Shown: positions 37,016 through 49,273, counted from the stretch's first letter. The stretch is DNA of 64,000 nucleotides from an uncultured Nitrososphaerales archaeon (GCA_963709405.1 CAVPXM010000060.1:32439-96438); one strand, 5' to 3'. Made by a program: numbers and translations. The notes: generated by a model not told the origin, from the sequence alone.

Positions 37016-37660
37016 CTAGACATGATTCTCATGATTCATGATTGTCAATAATGCTGCGCTTTTTGAGGCAAGCTCAGCATTTCTTGGATCTGATTGATCA
37101 CTTCCTATGATTATTGCATCCCCATTCTCTGGCACCAATCTCTTGACCAGCAACTTGTATATCCGCATTTCATTTCTTAACGAATCATACCCCGTTAGGG
37201 GGATTACAAACTTTCCATTTCTATACAATAGAGTTGTGGCACCTAATGCTCCCATTTTCACAGCTGCATCTCTTTGTTCTATTCCAGATTTTATCACAAA
37301 TGCAAGATGTTTTAATAATACACCGTAATTATATTTGCCTAGCGCAACAGAGCATTTAGGAATGACACATTCCGTCGGGATAGATGCATGTAGCTGTGAA
37401 AAGAGGCCAATACCTTTGTCTGATAGTTTGGTTCCGCTATTACTAGTGAGTATCAGGCCTTGCATTTTCAAATGTTTTACTAAAGTTTTGATCGAGCCTT
37501 CTCCTAAATTAAGTTCCTTGCAGAGCAATTCCCTACTGATATGGCCCCTATCATGCATCAGCTGTAACGTTTTAAATATATGTGCCATATCGTAAGAAAG
37601 AATCCTACTTGGTGCGTATCTGCTTGATATTTCCTGTAAGGTCTTAACATAGGTATGCAT
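37016..37660 (-). CDS. wHTH + DUF4443-like transcriptional regulator
   Basis: ISRELLCKELNLGEGSIKTLVKHLK HTH; GIEQRDAAVKMGALGATTL. Confidence 0.82.
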   Translation of the reverse strand: MHTYVKTLQEISSRYAPSRILSYDMAHIFKTLQLMHDRGHISRELLCKELNLGEGSIKTLVKHLKMQGLILTSNSGTKLSDKGIGLFSQLHASIPTECVIPKCSVALGKYNYGVLLKHLAFVIKSGIEQRDAAVKMGALGATTLLYRNGKFVIPLTGYDSLRNEMRIYKLLVKRLVPENGDAIIIGSDQSDPRNAELASKSAALLTIMNHENHV

Positions 37661-38004
37661 TTTTTATCCTGACGTTAATATTACTAATTTAGCATATTTA
37701 TTTATTCCAAAAATTCATTTCAAAATTCTATTGAGTTCCGCTGGAAATTGGTAGTGAGTACTTGTATTAGATTTAGCACGAGAGTAAAAATTATTAAAGC
37801 GGATTTATTTGATCAAAATGATGTGATCAGTTGAATCTTGGCACACCTATTGTACGAGTTTTAGTTCGATCCAATCAGAAAAAAAGAATATTGTAACTTA
37901 TTGCGCATGCTGAGACACTCGCAGTGATTAATAGGTTAGACACATTTGGCAAGTAGAGAGTTCCCGGCAAAGAGAATAAATAGATATCATACGTACAATA
38001 TTAA

Positions 38005-38439
38005 ATGCCATTAGACAAGTATGACTATGAAAACAGTTTAGGACGTAAGATTGTTATGGCATCTAAGACAGTTCAACAAGCCTTTGATTTAGAATTACAG
38101 AATAGGGTGGATGTTACACTAGCTCAATGGAGAGCAATTAACATTATCCGACTGCAAAGTGGGATCACTCAGAGGGAAATTGCGAACAGATTGAGTTTAG
38201 ATGCATCATCTCTTATACCATTGATCGACAGATTGGAGAGGAAAGGACTTGTTAAAAGAAGAGCTGATATTGATGATAGACGTATAAACAGACTGTATCT
38301 CACTGAGAAAGCTGAATCTCTATTAGATCCAATGTATGCGTGTGCTATATCAGTCAAGAAAATCTTGACCAAAGATATCTCAGACGACCATATAAAAGTA
38401 CTTCAGGATTGTCTCGAGAGAGGATTACAGAAGGTATAG
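38005..38439 (+). CDS. MarR-family transcriptional regulator
   Basis: TLAQW...ITQREIA...IDRLERKGLVKRRADIDDRRINRLYLTEKA. Confidence 0.92.
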   Translation: MPLDKYDYENSLGRKIVMASKTVQQAFDLELQNRVDVTLAQWRAINIIRLQSGITQREIANRLSLDASSLIPLIDRLERKGLVKRRADIDDRRINRLYLTEKAESLLDPMYACAISVKKILTKDISDDHIKVLQDCLERGLQKV

Positions 38440-39411
38440 ACAAACTAGGATTGGCAATCTCGATCCGTGTGGCAGGCATTTACTCCATGAACATCAGTCT
38501 GAACTATCATCATCTAAATCCGACAAATCACCGCTGAAACTTAAAGATCTTGTTTTGTAAATTCGAGAAGTGGAAAGTCTGTATTCAATCCATAGTCTGA
38601 ATGCAGTTTAAGCACGAATTGTAACATCTGGTAATATTTTAATTAGCATCTATCAGTGCTTTGCTTCAAGTTATGTATTTTGGTTTTAACAATGAGCCTG
38701 CGGTTTTTCATTTAGCATATTGGCAGCCGTCGCCAACTTTGATTTTGTTATCCTCAGTCCCAACTCCCACGCTCTTAAAGAGCATCTCTCTAGAGAAAGA
38801 TCAGAGTATAGATATTACTAGAAAGGACTTACCAGTTCAGGTCCATTTACGGATGATCGCAATATCGAATGCTGTGTATCCATTATGGTGAATCATAATC
38901 CCTATCAAATCGTTACTCCAAAATGAGTTTGGAGAGAAAATGGATACTCTATATGGAGGAATTTACTTGATCCTAATTATACAAATCCTGGAGGGAAATA
39001 ACGAGATTACCTCCTGGCTATTATGCTCAAATAGCTAAGACCAACATCTAATAGAATGGTACAGCGTGAATATAAACTTCCATTTGATAGCAATATGACA
39101 AGGCCTCAGAATTCGACTGTGTTGTATACTAAATCAAATAGACTGATGCCAAGAGCGCGGATAAAGTACTTAATGATCCTGTTTCGTCACTTGTCACTAA
39201 AAGGATTCAAGACAGTCTTTTACAAAACCCCAAGTGAAATCACTTAATTTATGATCGCTATTCAAGATTTTTTTAAAGCTGAGTTCTTCTTTACGCCCTG
39301 AAGATAAGTCCAACTAGAATATCAGTGGTGACAACGCGTCAAATGCGAACCTGAAGAATTCGAGACCAGGCTTACAAAGAAAAAGAGTAATGAATGAATG
39401 TGCAGGTCGAA

Positions 39412-40713
39412 TCAGTTTGGCAGAATTCGATATATACTTCCATCATACGTAAGCACATATAGATATCCGTCTCCTGGTCCAACCTTAATATCTGTAATTA
39501 CGCCAAATCCTTGCCCAAATATTACTGGTTGGAGCTCATCCCGAGTATCTGCTATCCTATCTGAAAGTGCACCACTGAGTAGCAAGTTAGTTCTATCTGC
39601 ATTCAATCTAAAATTGTATAGATTACCAGTATTGACGTCTCCAGTAAAAAATGTGTTGTCATACTGCTTTCCAAGTTTATCTGAATTTAAGAACTTCAAT
39701 GCGGTGGGGCCAATTGTTTGCCTCCATACGAATTGGGGATCATGGTACTTGCCCTTCTCATCGAAGGTTACTAAGACTCTAGCGGGATCGAATCCCGAGG
39801 GCGCCATTCCCTGCACCTTTAGCCATCCACTATTAAAGCCTGGTGCAACCAGATTTATTTCATCATTATCGTCAGCCCCATTTTCTGTGTCCCAAAGATT
39901 ACCTGTTACGGGATCAAAGTCAAAGCCAAAACTATTCCTGATTCCATATGCATAGTATACTCTGGTCGGATCCCCACTTCCCAACGGGTTAGGTGAAACC
40001 AATTTGCCGTTTTCTGTAACCCGTAATATCCCGCTTGTACCATCTAGTCTTGCGCCATCCCTAGTATTCTGGGCTTGACCTCTATGTCCACCAACGTCGC
40101 CTATAGCAGTGTAAACATTATGATCAGGACCTATCACGATTTTACCACCATCATGATTACTCTCCCCTTGGGGGTCTGGAGAATTTGCCGGAAGATTCAA
40201 TAATAATGTAGGATTCTCAAGTTTAGCACCGTCTGATGAGAGTTCATATCTATATAGATGGTTAGCCGGCCTTTCACCACTAGATCCTTTTTCAGTATAG
40301 TAGAGAAACACGTATGTAGGACTCGAGCTATCATTCACTAGCTTATCAATAGCGATTCCAAGTAATCCCCATTCAACTTCTTGGTTAGCAATATTTGGGA
40401 TTTGCAACAACGGTTGTGGCAGCAGTCTTCCATTCACAATTCTATCAACGACGCCTTTATTTTTTTCTAGAACCAGTATATCATTAGGCGCCAGAAAAGC
40501 CATACTTGTAGGAATTTGAAGGCCTGAGAAAACTTTTTCAACCTTTAGCTTTTGGTCGTTGATTGTAGGTCCACCAGACGAGGGAGTCGCTTTAATATAT
40601 GCACCATATGTCACAAAATAATTAGGCAATATCGTTATCATTATTGATCCCAAAATAACAAACGTGCAGAGCAATGATAATGATACTGGTAAAATTAATT
40701 TGAGGCTAGTCAA
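39412..40713 (-). CDS. PQQ-dependent sugar dehydrogenase (GSDH beta-propeller), membrane anchored
   Basis: PTSMAF, GLLGIA, HDGGKIVIGPD, YAYGIRNSFGFDFDP, DEINLV. Confidence 0.92.
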   Translation of the reverse strand: MTSLKLILPVSLSLLCTFVILGSIMITILPNYFVTYGAYIKATPSSGGPTINDQKLKVEKVFSGLQIPTSMAFLAPNDILVLEKNKGVVDRIVNGRLLPQPLLQIPNIANQEVEWGLLGIAIDKLVNDSSSPTYVFLYYTEKGSSGERPANHLYRYELSSDGAKLENPTLLLNLPANSPDPQGESNHDGGKIVIGPDHNVYTAIGDVGGHRGQAQNTRDGARLDGTSGILRVTENGKLVSPNPLGSGDPTRVYYAYGIRNSFGFDFDPVTGNLWDTENGADDNDEINLVAPGFNSGWLKVQGMAPSGFDPARVLVTFDEKGKYHDPQFVWRQTIGPTALKFLNSDKLGKQYDNTFFTGDVNTGNLYNFRLNADRTNLLLSGALSDRIADTRDELQPVIFGQGFGVITDIKVGPGDGYLYVLTYDGSIYRILPN

Positions 40714-40902
40714 CGCAGCCTTATTGAAAATAATGATGAATTACTCCTCTCGATCACACCACTTTCTCCCCTCAAATAAATCCAATGTCCGTGTTTAAAG
40801 TTATGAACACCATTTATGCGATTCAATCTGGATATGAATCCCTTATTTATTTATTTAAATTTGATTTTATAGATTAGCCTGAATTCTTGCTTTTTGTTAA
40901 TT

Positions 40903-41180
40903 TTAATGAGTCAATAATTTTTGTGGTAATGGAGGATCAGAATCAAATTGTGCAGGGGAATTTTCGTATTGGATAAAGTATGTCTTATTTCCAACAATAG
41001 TTCCTGTTTCTAGTCCCTTTGAACTTTGACCTTCATCTGTGTAGGAATATATTATGTTGTAAGCAGGAAATCCTGGGAGTATATTACCGCTAAGTGTGGA
41101 TTCACTATCCTTAAGATTTTTTAAATCAGCCTTGTTGTCAGATATTGAATCCGAAACATTCGTGGATATTGAGGTGGACA
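40903..41180 (-). pseudogene. PsbP-like domain C-terminal fragment
   Basis: PAYNIIYSY...GTIVGNKTYFIQY...QFD; no N-terminus or signal peptide. Confidence 0.55.
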
Positions 41181-41486
41181 TAATGAAAAAAGAAAAATAT
41201 CTTACAATAGTCAGCTTGCCACAAATTCCATAGAATAAATATTTCAAATACTGAATAGATATTTGTATTTACATAAGTCGAGCTTCTTGACTGTGGCTAA
41301 GGCGATATCCTTTGATTTAGTTCCAGTATATGTTTAATTGAGTACTCACTTATTTCATCATATAGAAAGGCAGTCAATGTAAGCTTCGTTCATAATTATC
41401 GTAGTGGACGCCGCCGGCCTACTACCGTTTTATAAGCTATTTATTTGATACTGTCAATTGCTGCATAATAGAGTAATGATGCAAAA

Positions 41487-41942
41487 ATGATATATGAAAC
41501 GTTGACACAGTATGGGCCTTTTCCAATCCGAATTTTAGCAGGAATTGCTTTTATAATTCATGGCTTACCTAAACTATCCAATCTTACAGGTACGGAACAC
41601 TTTTTTACAAACATGGTCCGATTACCTGCTACATTGGCTCTTCCAGTAGGTTTACTAGAAGTAGTAGGCGGAATTGTCTTAATAATGGGAATTTTGACAA
41701 GGATAGCGTCTATCTTGCTCATGATTGAGATGATTGGTTCTACGATCATTGCTAAGCTACCAAAAGGATTTGTTGGTGGCTATGAACTCGATTTGTTATT
41801 GATGGCGTTATCGATTAGCCTTATACTGACTGGTCCTGGAAGGTTATCTATTGAGTGGAATATATTGAGAAGAGAGATGTTTCCCAAGGGCAGGGAGATG
41901 ATTTTGCAACAAAAACAAGGGCAACCTAAGTTTACATCATAA
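41487..41942 (+). CDS. DoxX-family membrane protein
   Basis: RILAGIAFIIHGLPKL, EVVGG..L..G..TR, GYELDL, GPGRLSIE. Confidence 0.92.
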   Translation: MIYETLTQYGPFPIRILAGIAFIIHGLPKLSNLTGTEHFFTNMVRLPATLALPVGLLEVVGGIVLIMGILTRIASILLMIEMIGSTIIAKLPKGFVGGYELDLLLMALSISLILTGPGRLSIEWNILRREMFPKGREMILQQKQGQPKFTS

Positions 41943-41954
41943 TATATTGTCCCA

Positions 41955-42340
41955 ATGAAATGCCTATCTCTGAAACAACCTTACGCGGAACTTTTGGTTT
42001 CAGGCAAAAAAACTATAGAATTGAGAACATGGAACACCAAATTTAGGGGGAAATTCCTAATTCATGTTTCAAAAAAGGTGATAAAAGAGTATCCCGACTA
42101 TTTGGGTGTGGATCACAAAGTCATCAGTTACTGAGCATTAATAGGAACTGTAGTTTTGTATGATGTCAAACAATACATAAGAAAAACAGAATTTGAAAAA
42201 GACAAAAATTTACAATATGCAGATTTTAAAAAATTTGGATTTTGTAAATATAGATTCATCATACGTAATGTACAAAGACTTCGAACTTGTATCCTATATC
42301 CAGGTCACTTAATATTCTTTGATGTATCTTATAAAGGGCG
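41955..42340 (+). pseudogene. ASCH-domain protein with an in-frame TGA at 42132
   Basis: MKCLSLKQPYAELLVSGKKTIELRTWNTKFRGKFLIH...SY*ALIGTVVLYDV, in frame with ORF 42156. Confidence 0.8.
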
Positions 42341-42833
42341 TAGGAAAATAATTTCTAATTGGATGAGGTCCAACATTCAATTAATAGTTCATCACATACC
42401 CCGTATTTTTGCTGTTATGCAAACCACTTGGGATGATGAAATATTCAACATTATTCAGCTTTGGATGGCGGATCATCATGGGCAGAAATCAGGAATCAGT
42501 CTTCCTCGAACATTGCAATTGCATCAAGATGCAGTGCTGATAAAAGAACTCATAATGATATATGAAACACATAAATTCAAAAATTGATGGAATTCTACAT
42601 TATCAAAGCACTGATTATGAATGTAGAATCGTCAAAAAAGTCCTAAATTCTGCAAAACCCGATTTGATATCCTTTGACAATCTGCAATGGCAAATAAGAA
42701 GTATTTTTGGGCCGTATATTGCATGGTAATTATTGGATAACATTGTAGGGATCGAATAGATAGCCTATTATTGAAGGTAGTAGAATATGAACGAAGCATC
42801 AATTCAAAATTTATGTGATCCAGATGTGATTTT

Positions 42834-44468
42834 ATGAAAGGAGACCCATTTAGCAATAAAAGAAATCAAAAGGATAACAAATCGAGACGGGAGCCATCAT
42901 CGGATATAAAATCCAATGTATCAGTGACTTCTGAAAAAATAAGAACTTCAGTATGGATTACGATTGCCATTCTAGGATCTACCATTCTAATTACTATGTA
43001 TGGTGAGACGATGCTATTACCAGCAATTAGAGATATCATTCGAGATTTTAATATTTCATATAGTACATCTTCTTGGATACTTACAGCGTATCTTATCTCA
43101 GGTGCAGTTGCAACTCCCATTGCTGGCAAGCTATCTGATATTCATGGACGAAAGAAAATGGTTCTATCGATTCTCATAATCTATATTGTAGGAATCAGTA
43201 TTGGGGGATTCTCAACAAATCTGTCCATGCTTCTCATTGCAAGAATTATTCAAGGAATAGGTATATCCATGTTCCCCATAGCCTTTGGAATCATAAGAGA
43301 TCAACTTCCTAAGGATAAACTTGCCATAGGGGTTGGAGTATTCAGCTCGATGTTTGCAGCGGGATCCGTAGTCGGATTGGCCATAGGTGGAAATGTGATT
43401 CAAATCTTCGGCTGGCATGCAACATTTCTTTCGATAGTACCTATTGCAATTAGCCTCTGGATAATCATCAAGAGATTCATTTCTTGCGACAAGAGAGATA
43501 GAGTGGTCGAAGCAGAAAACGATAAGTCACGAGCAGATGTTAAGACTCGGCCTACCAAGATGTATTTACCCGATAATGGTGATAGAGTTCCTAATAATAG
43601 CGGAAGGCACAGCCTTGATGTAAAGGGTGCTATAACATTGGCCGCTACCATTGCTTCTTTTTTACTGATGCTAACCTATATTGGTAACAGTAATAACAGT
43701 AGTAGTAACGGCAGCGCATATCCCACCCAGATCATAGTAATATCACTTGCACTTTTGTCCCTAGGATCATTACTGCTATTTATTGTTGTAGAAAAGAGAG
43801 CATCGAAACCCTTAATTGAGCTCAGTCTAATGACAAATGCAATACTTCTTCCTGCAAATATCATTATCTTGATATTTGGATTGACTATGTTTATGGTCTA
43901 TCAGACTATACCAATATTGGTAAGAAGTCCTCATCCTCTTGGATTTGGCGGAGATGCCCTAGAGAGCGCGATGGTTCAGCTACCATTCATGTTAGTATTT
44001 TTAATATTCGCTCCTGCCTCAGGATTCATCGTTTCCAAGATGGGCAATCTTAAACCGACTATAGCAGGAACTCTTGTAATGACAATTGGTTTTTTCATGC
44101 TCTTTATGTTCCATTCTACAGAATTTTTGGTTGCAATAAATCTGGCGATAGTAGCCATTGGAATTTCGGCTATACAAGTCGGTGCATTTAATATCACAAT
44201 GGAGTATACTCCTCGCCAATTTAGTGGAGTATCACTTGGTATGTCAGTAGTACTAGTATTGGTTGGAAGCTCAATTGGACCTGTGATTGCGGCAACATAT
44301 ATGCAGACCCATCAGGAGCTTGCGGGAGGAGTCATCACTGGTCTTTTTCCTTCACCGATATCTTATAAACTGATATTTTTAACTGCATCGATTATCTCAA
44401 TTATATCTATTGTACTTGTTATGATTTTAAAGCGAAAGGTGACACAAGCAACTGTGACGAAGTTATAA
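42834..44468 (+). CDS. MFS transporter, 14-TM drug:H+ antiporter type
   Basis: SWILTAYL, GKLSDIHGRKK (motif A), ARIIQGIG, VEKRASKPLIEL. Confidence 0.93.
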   Translation: MKGDPFSNKRNQKDNKSRREPSSDIKSNVSVTSEKIRTSVWITIAILGSTILITMYGETMLLPAIRDIIRDFNISYSTSSWILTAYLISGAVATPIAGKLSDIHGRKKMVLSILIIYIVGISIGGFSTNLSMLLIARIIQGIGISMFPIAFGIIRDQLPKDKLAIGVGVFSSMFAAGSVVGLAIGGNVIQIFGWHATFLSIVPIAISLWIIIKRFISCDKRDRVVEAENDKSRADVKTRPTKMYLPDNGDRVPNNSGRHSLDVKGAITLAATIASFLLMLTYIGNSNNSSSNGSAYPTQIIVISLALLSLGSLLLFIVVEKRASKPLIELSLMTNAILLPANIIILIFGLTMFMVYQTIPILVRSPHPLGFGGDALESAMVQLPFMLVFLIFAPASGFIVSKMGNLKPTIAGTLVMTIGFFMLFMFHSTEFLVAINLAIVAIGISAIQVGAFNITMEYTPRQFSGVSLGMSVVLVLVGSSIGPVIAATYMQTHQELAGGVITGLFPSPISYKLIFLTASIISIISIVLVMILKRKVTQATVTKL

Positions 44469-45651
44469 CTGGAAAGGATAAGATAAGAACTCTGCCGCCA
44501 ACTGTGCTACTTTCACGACAACACTTATTCATATTTCATAAATAATGTTATCTGAATTTACTGGTTCCAAGATCTTTCTCTTAGATTAATCAGAATTTGC
44601 ATCTACGAATATAATTTGGATAAGGCGTGCTCAATTACCGATCTTGCATCTAGGCCGCCTCAACTCGAATCGAGATGAAATATATAATATGTATAAGGTT
44701 TGTATGGAACTTGATTTTCGTCTTGGTACGATCAAATTCTTTATCAAGACTTATCATGAAAATGTTTATTCTAGGGTGGCCCCTATCAATCTAGTCAGAT
44801 CATCTATCATTAATCCAAACTGCAGTACTGACGAGACGTTGGAAGGCATTGTTGACTCGCTAATCCATTGCTCTTTGTTCATAATTATTCCTCGTGTAGG
44901 ATTGGCCTGTCATATCTGGGCTAAATTTCCCTGAACAGGCAGACTCAAGAAACCCGCAAGTTCTTCCATCTGATGCCTTTGAATTAATTATAGTCTCCTA
45001 TTAGCTTTACCCACTATTCTTGAAATATTTCACCTAATGTTCAGTTCTGACGCCGTCAAAAAATGTCAAACCGAGCATCCCATTCCTATGGCAACGCCTT
45101 GCATTCCATTCTTGCCATCGCAAATGTTCAATATCCACTTTATGCACTAATAAAACTACAAGACTGCTTATGACATCATCTCTTATTTTGTAACGATAAC
45201 TCCTGACCGATTAGGAACACATGTTTCTTTATCTATTGATACGTGATGGCGATCCATTTCTGATTAATAAGTATTAGACTCCTCCTTTGGTTTAAATGAA
45301 GTCTAAAAAGTTCCCCTACTTGAGTCCTAGACGTAGGAGTAATTTGCTATCAATGTTGCCGCATTCATATATCTATGGTATGGCTTGTTAGATCCTAGTT
45401 TCAAAAGGCATATGGGGACTAAAGAATTTGAATAATTCGATAATAAAAGGGAAATATAGTATTAGACATATTCTGGCTGAAGAATCAATCATGCGTATTA
45501 TCATTTTACGTGGTTGTAGTACGATTTCAGATTTACACAAAAATAGAACTAATTGAATAGAATGCAATTGAATGATCATCCTCTACATAAAAACTGCTCC
45601 CCTGGGGATTGTTTTTAAGCACGGCTAGAAAACCAGCCTTTAAAGTTCATT

Positions 45652-46539
45652 TTAATGCTTGTGCAAGTGCTCATCAGCGTGTAGATGAGGATGTGTATGT
45701 TTGATCAAGCCATGTGAATGTGAATGATAAGCCTTACGTATAAACGCGTATAGCGAGCAGATCCCAAATGCACCGGCCCCGAATAGCACTATTGTTGAGC
45801 CAGATGCAGAATCAAAAAAGAAGCTGGAATACATGCCAAGGAAAGCTGTTGCAATACCAATTACAGATGAGAGTATAACCATTCTAAGAAAATTATTAGT
45901 AAGCATCCTAGCCGAGATAGCAGGTGCTACGATAGCAGCTGCCAGTAAAGTTACTCCGATGCTATTCATTGAAGCTATTACAACTAGTGCAAGAACCAGA
46001 GCAAACACTATTTCAAGGATTTCGGTTCTTATGCCATATACTGCCGCAGTTTCTTTATCAAACGATGCAAACAATAGCCTTTTTTGGAAGAAGAAAACAA
46101 AGACGACGGTCAATATCGAAACCATGATAATAACTGATAGGTCTTGATCAGTTATACCAAGAATATTACCAAATAGGATAGCTTCAAAGTTTCTATGAAA
46201 GCCTTGTGAGCAGTAATGAACAAAACACCTATCGCAAATCCGGCTGTTGTTACTACACCTATAGCAGCATCTGGCTTGATTTTTCTGCGCCTACTAATTT
46301 CGTTTATAAGTACCGCAGACAGAAATCCCCAAATTGCAGCCCCCAAATAATAATTAAACCCTATGACATAACTCACTACCGCTCCCCCAAATACGGCATG
46401 GGACATGCCATGCCCTATGTAGCTCATTCCACGTAACACGATATAAACTCCCAAGAGACCACATGTTCCTCCTACGAGGACCCGCAGCAATGATTCCCCT
46501 TGTGAAAAACTCGTACTGGAATGGGCTTAAGAAATCCAT
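45652..46539 (-). CDS. Metal ABC transporter permease (ZnuB/MntB family) with His-rich tail; frameshifted
   Basis: CGLLGVYIVLRGMSYIGHGMSHAVFGG, DAAIG, SFDKETAAVYGI; ends HSHSHGLIKHTHPHLHADEHLHKH. Confidence 0.9.
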
Positions 46540-46551
46540 ATACTAAAATTA

Positions 46552-47508
46552 TCACTCCGGTTCTTGATTGGTATCAAGTCCTCTGTTGTGAGCATCTAAA
46601 GTATTGGAAATCGAAAGACTATCTTTGTTACCTCCCAGGCTATTGATATCTGTTGCCAATCCGTATGTCTTTAATAGATTTTCAGAGGTAAGTACTTCAT
46701 TTGGCGGTCCTTGTGAAATTATGGTTTTATTGATACACACCACCCATGGAAGACGTTTTCCTAAACCAGTAATGTCATGTGTAGTCAGAATTATTGTCAT
46801 TCCTTTCGAGTTTAAATCAGTTAAAATCCCATAAATTTTTTCCCGAGTATTGTAGTCTACCCCTGAAGTGGGCTCGTCTAATATCAGAATTTGTGGATTG
46901 CTTATTAACGCTCTGGCCAGGAAAACTCTTTGTTGTTCTCCACCAGAGAGCTCTCTAATTTGTCTTTTTGCATGATCTGCGATACCCAAGCTGCCAAGCA
47001 TATGTTGTAATTTTTCTTTGGAATTCCTACTAAACCACGGATAGATGCCTGAATGATTCCATATACCCATTCCAACCACCTCGGTGACGGTGACAGGAAA
47101 GTTCCAATCTACACTTTCGATCTGTGGGACATACCCTATCGAAGAAAATGAGGTTTGTATAGAATTCTTTATGGGATTTACTAAATATGAAATCAGCGAA
47201 ACTGGGTTAGAATTGATCGTTTTTGTATAATTCTTTTTACTAGAACCAAATTCGATATATCCATGCCATGGTCTATGAAGACCGACAATAATCTTCAGAA
47301 GAGTAGATTTGCCTGAGCCACTGGGTCCCAATAAGCCCAAAAATCTACCTTTAGGAACATCAAGGTTTATTCCTTCGAGCACCGGATTATGTGGAATATA
47401 GCCAAATGCCAAATCTCGTATTGTTAATATATTTCCTAATTTATGATTAAGGTCGCGATTTACAATTTCCCTTTTTCCTTGCAATGACTTATGGCCCATA
47501 TTATACAA
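46552..47508 (-). CDS. Metal ABC transporter ATP-binding protein
   Basis: GPSGSGKST, GYVPQ..VDWNFP, LSGGEQQR, LDEPT, THD. Confidence 0.93.
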   Translation of the reverse strand: MYNMGHKSLQGKREIVNRDLNHKLGNILTIRDLAFGYIPHNPVLEGINLDVPKGRFLGLLGPSGSGKSTLLKIIVGLHRPWHGYIEFGSSKKNYTKTINSNPVSLISYLVNPIKNSIQTSFSSIGYVPQIESVDWNFPVTVTEVVGMGIWNHSGIYPWFSRNSKEKLQHMLGSLGIADHAKRQIRELSGGEQQRVFLARALISNPQILILDEPTSGVDYNTREKIYGILTDLNSKGMTIILTTHDITGLGKRLPWVVCINKTIISQGPPNEVLTSENLLKTYGLATDINSLGGNKDSLSISNTLDAHNRGLDTNQEPE

Positions 47509-48124
47509 TCATCCTTGCAAGTAAATTATAATTGGTTACATATCGCTGATCGATGAAACAAATCAAATTCTTGCTGAAATATTCTTCTAACGAATAGCTA
47601 ATCATAGATTTTGCCACAAGGTTATGAAAGTCTAAGTGTTTAAAGGTGTAGAGGTATATATGATCAAGATCCAAATAGAATTTCCTCCTCTTGTTCTTCC
47701 CATAGGAACTGTTGATAATCAAGTTCCCACCATTGTAGCAAGTTGTGAAGGCGTTTGTAAGAGTAAAGTGGATTGAGTAGGATGATACCTATTAAAGGTC
47801 TTGATTGCATCATCAACAAATAACTCAATTGATTTCCATGATCCTGTCGTAGATTTGCATATCACAAAATTGTTATATTTTCTTACTATTTCTTGTGGAA
47901 GTCCAGCAGGCTGAATTTTCCAGGAAAGATAATGATAGAAATCGCTCCTCATTTCAGTAGACTGAATCCCCTTGTCGACCGAATCCGTGATTGCAAACCT
48001 CTCCGTGTTATCCGTGTTGTATCCTCTGTCGCTATCTCTACCTCTCAACAATCCTGACCTACCTTGAATCAAAGAGAAGTGGAAGGAATTGTTGGCTACT
48101 CAGACATACCTTGGTGTCAGTCAT
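47501..48124 (-). CDS. Possible frameshifted hypothetical gene inside the ABC operon
   Basis: Abutting ORFs 47719..48072 and 47501..47722 fill the gap; ATG at 48124 follows the SBP stop and the last stop overlaps the ATPase start. Confidence 0.3.
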
Positions 48125-48134
48125 GGGCGTATCA

Positions 48135-49212
48135 TCAACCACTGCTATGTACAAAGGTGTTGGCTGGATTTATGCCAGATAGAGCTGAGACGTTACCACC
48201 TAACGGTATTATCATACCATTCATGTCCTGCAGCATCATTCCGACGTAGGTGTGATTCGGATCAGTTGGCTTTCCAGGTAAGACATCATCGGCCAGTGTA
48301 TTGACATATTTTACGTTTCCTTCTTTGCCAATTTGATCCATCACCTTGCTGGGAAATACTTCAGAACCGAATAGTGCTGGCACTTTCTCATTTCGTACCT
48401 GATCTATCAGCTTTGCTACTTCTTGTGGCTTTGGTTCTCCAAAATCAGATGGCTGAACGGCACCTATCACAATCATACCGTACCGTGGAGCAAAATATGC
48501 CCAGGAATCATGATAAGTTAACAATTTTCTATTCTGAGGCGGGATTGTTTGGACTGCACTCTTTATTCCCACGTCCAACTTCTTTAGCAAAGCCAGATAT
48601 TTGTCTGTGTTAGTCTTGTAATATGCTCGCGTTTCCGGGATCCATTTGGATTAACTTATTTTTCGTAAGGTTTGCATAATTCATAGCGTTTGCAACATTA
48701 AGCCAAAGATGTGGATTAGGGTCTCCCTTCTCTTTTGGAAAGCTAAAATCGTAAATCCGTTGGTCTCTGTTTATTGTGTTATCTGCCAATTTAAGGAGTT
48801 GCTGGTTTGGATTGTGTGCTCTGGATGCGTTCGAAACTTTTTCCACACCCGATTCCAAGTGCAATCCATTGATTATCACCAAATCTGCATTCTGTACCTT
48901 TACTGCACCCGATGGGGTTAATTCAAATGTGTGAGAGTCTACACCGTCAGGGATTAGTTGATTAAGTCCAATCTTATCACCTGCTATATTTTTCACGATA
49001 TTAGCAATAGGAGCAACTGACGTGACGACGTTAAGCACCTTACTATTTGCAGGTTTATCTCTTCCACTAAAACTATTGGTATTAAGAGTAACTGCGAATG
49101 AAGCACTTTTCAAATTATGTGATATGGCAGCATTGGCCATGGCCGAATTACCAACCAGGATTGATATTATAGATAGCATACCGATTGCCGATATGAGTCT
49201 ACCGAATACCAT
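48135..49212 (-). CDS. Metal ABC transporter substrate-binding protein (ZnuA/TroA family); frameshift near 48615
   Basis: GVDSHTFE, DPNPHLWL, TYHDSWAYFAPRYG, EP.P.EVAKL. Confidence 0.92.
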
Positions 49213-49252
49213 TCCATATACTTGAGAAAGTAGGTATTAAAAGTTTTATAGC

Positions 49253-49273
49253 TAGTAATAATCACTATTACTA
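49253..49273. promoter_or_regulatory. Perfect inverted repeat TAGTAATA-N5-TATTACTA upstream of the SBP TATA box (candidate NikR-type operator)
   Basis: 8-bp arms; TTTTAATA at 49242-49235 (minus), ATG at 49212. Confidence 0.55.

Noticed and set aside
41400-41427. GC-rich GTAGTGGACGCCGCCGGCCTACTAC as a tRNA-end/att remnant
   Set aside because: Too short, no T-loop and no partner repeat in the window.
42132-42134. In-frame TGA in the ASCH gene as selenocysteine or readthrough
   Set aside because: The position matches the Gly of the G-A-[IL]-I-G motif (GGA->TGA is one change), not a Cys, and the 3' end of the gene also looks decayed.
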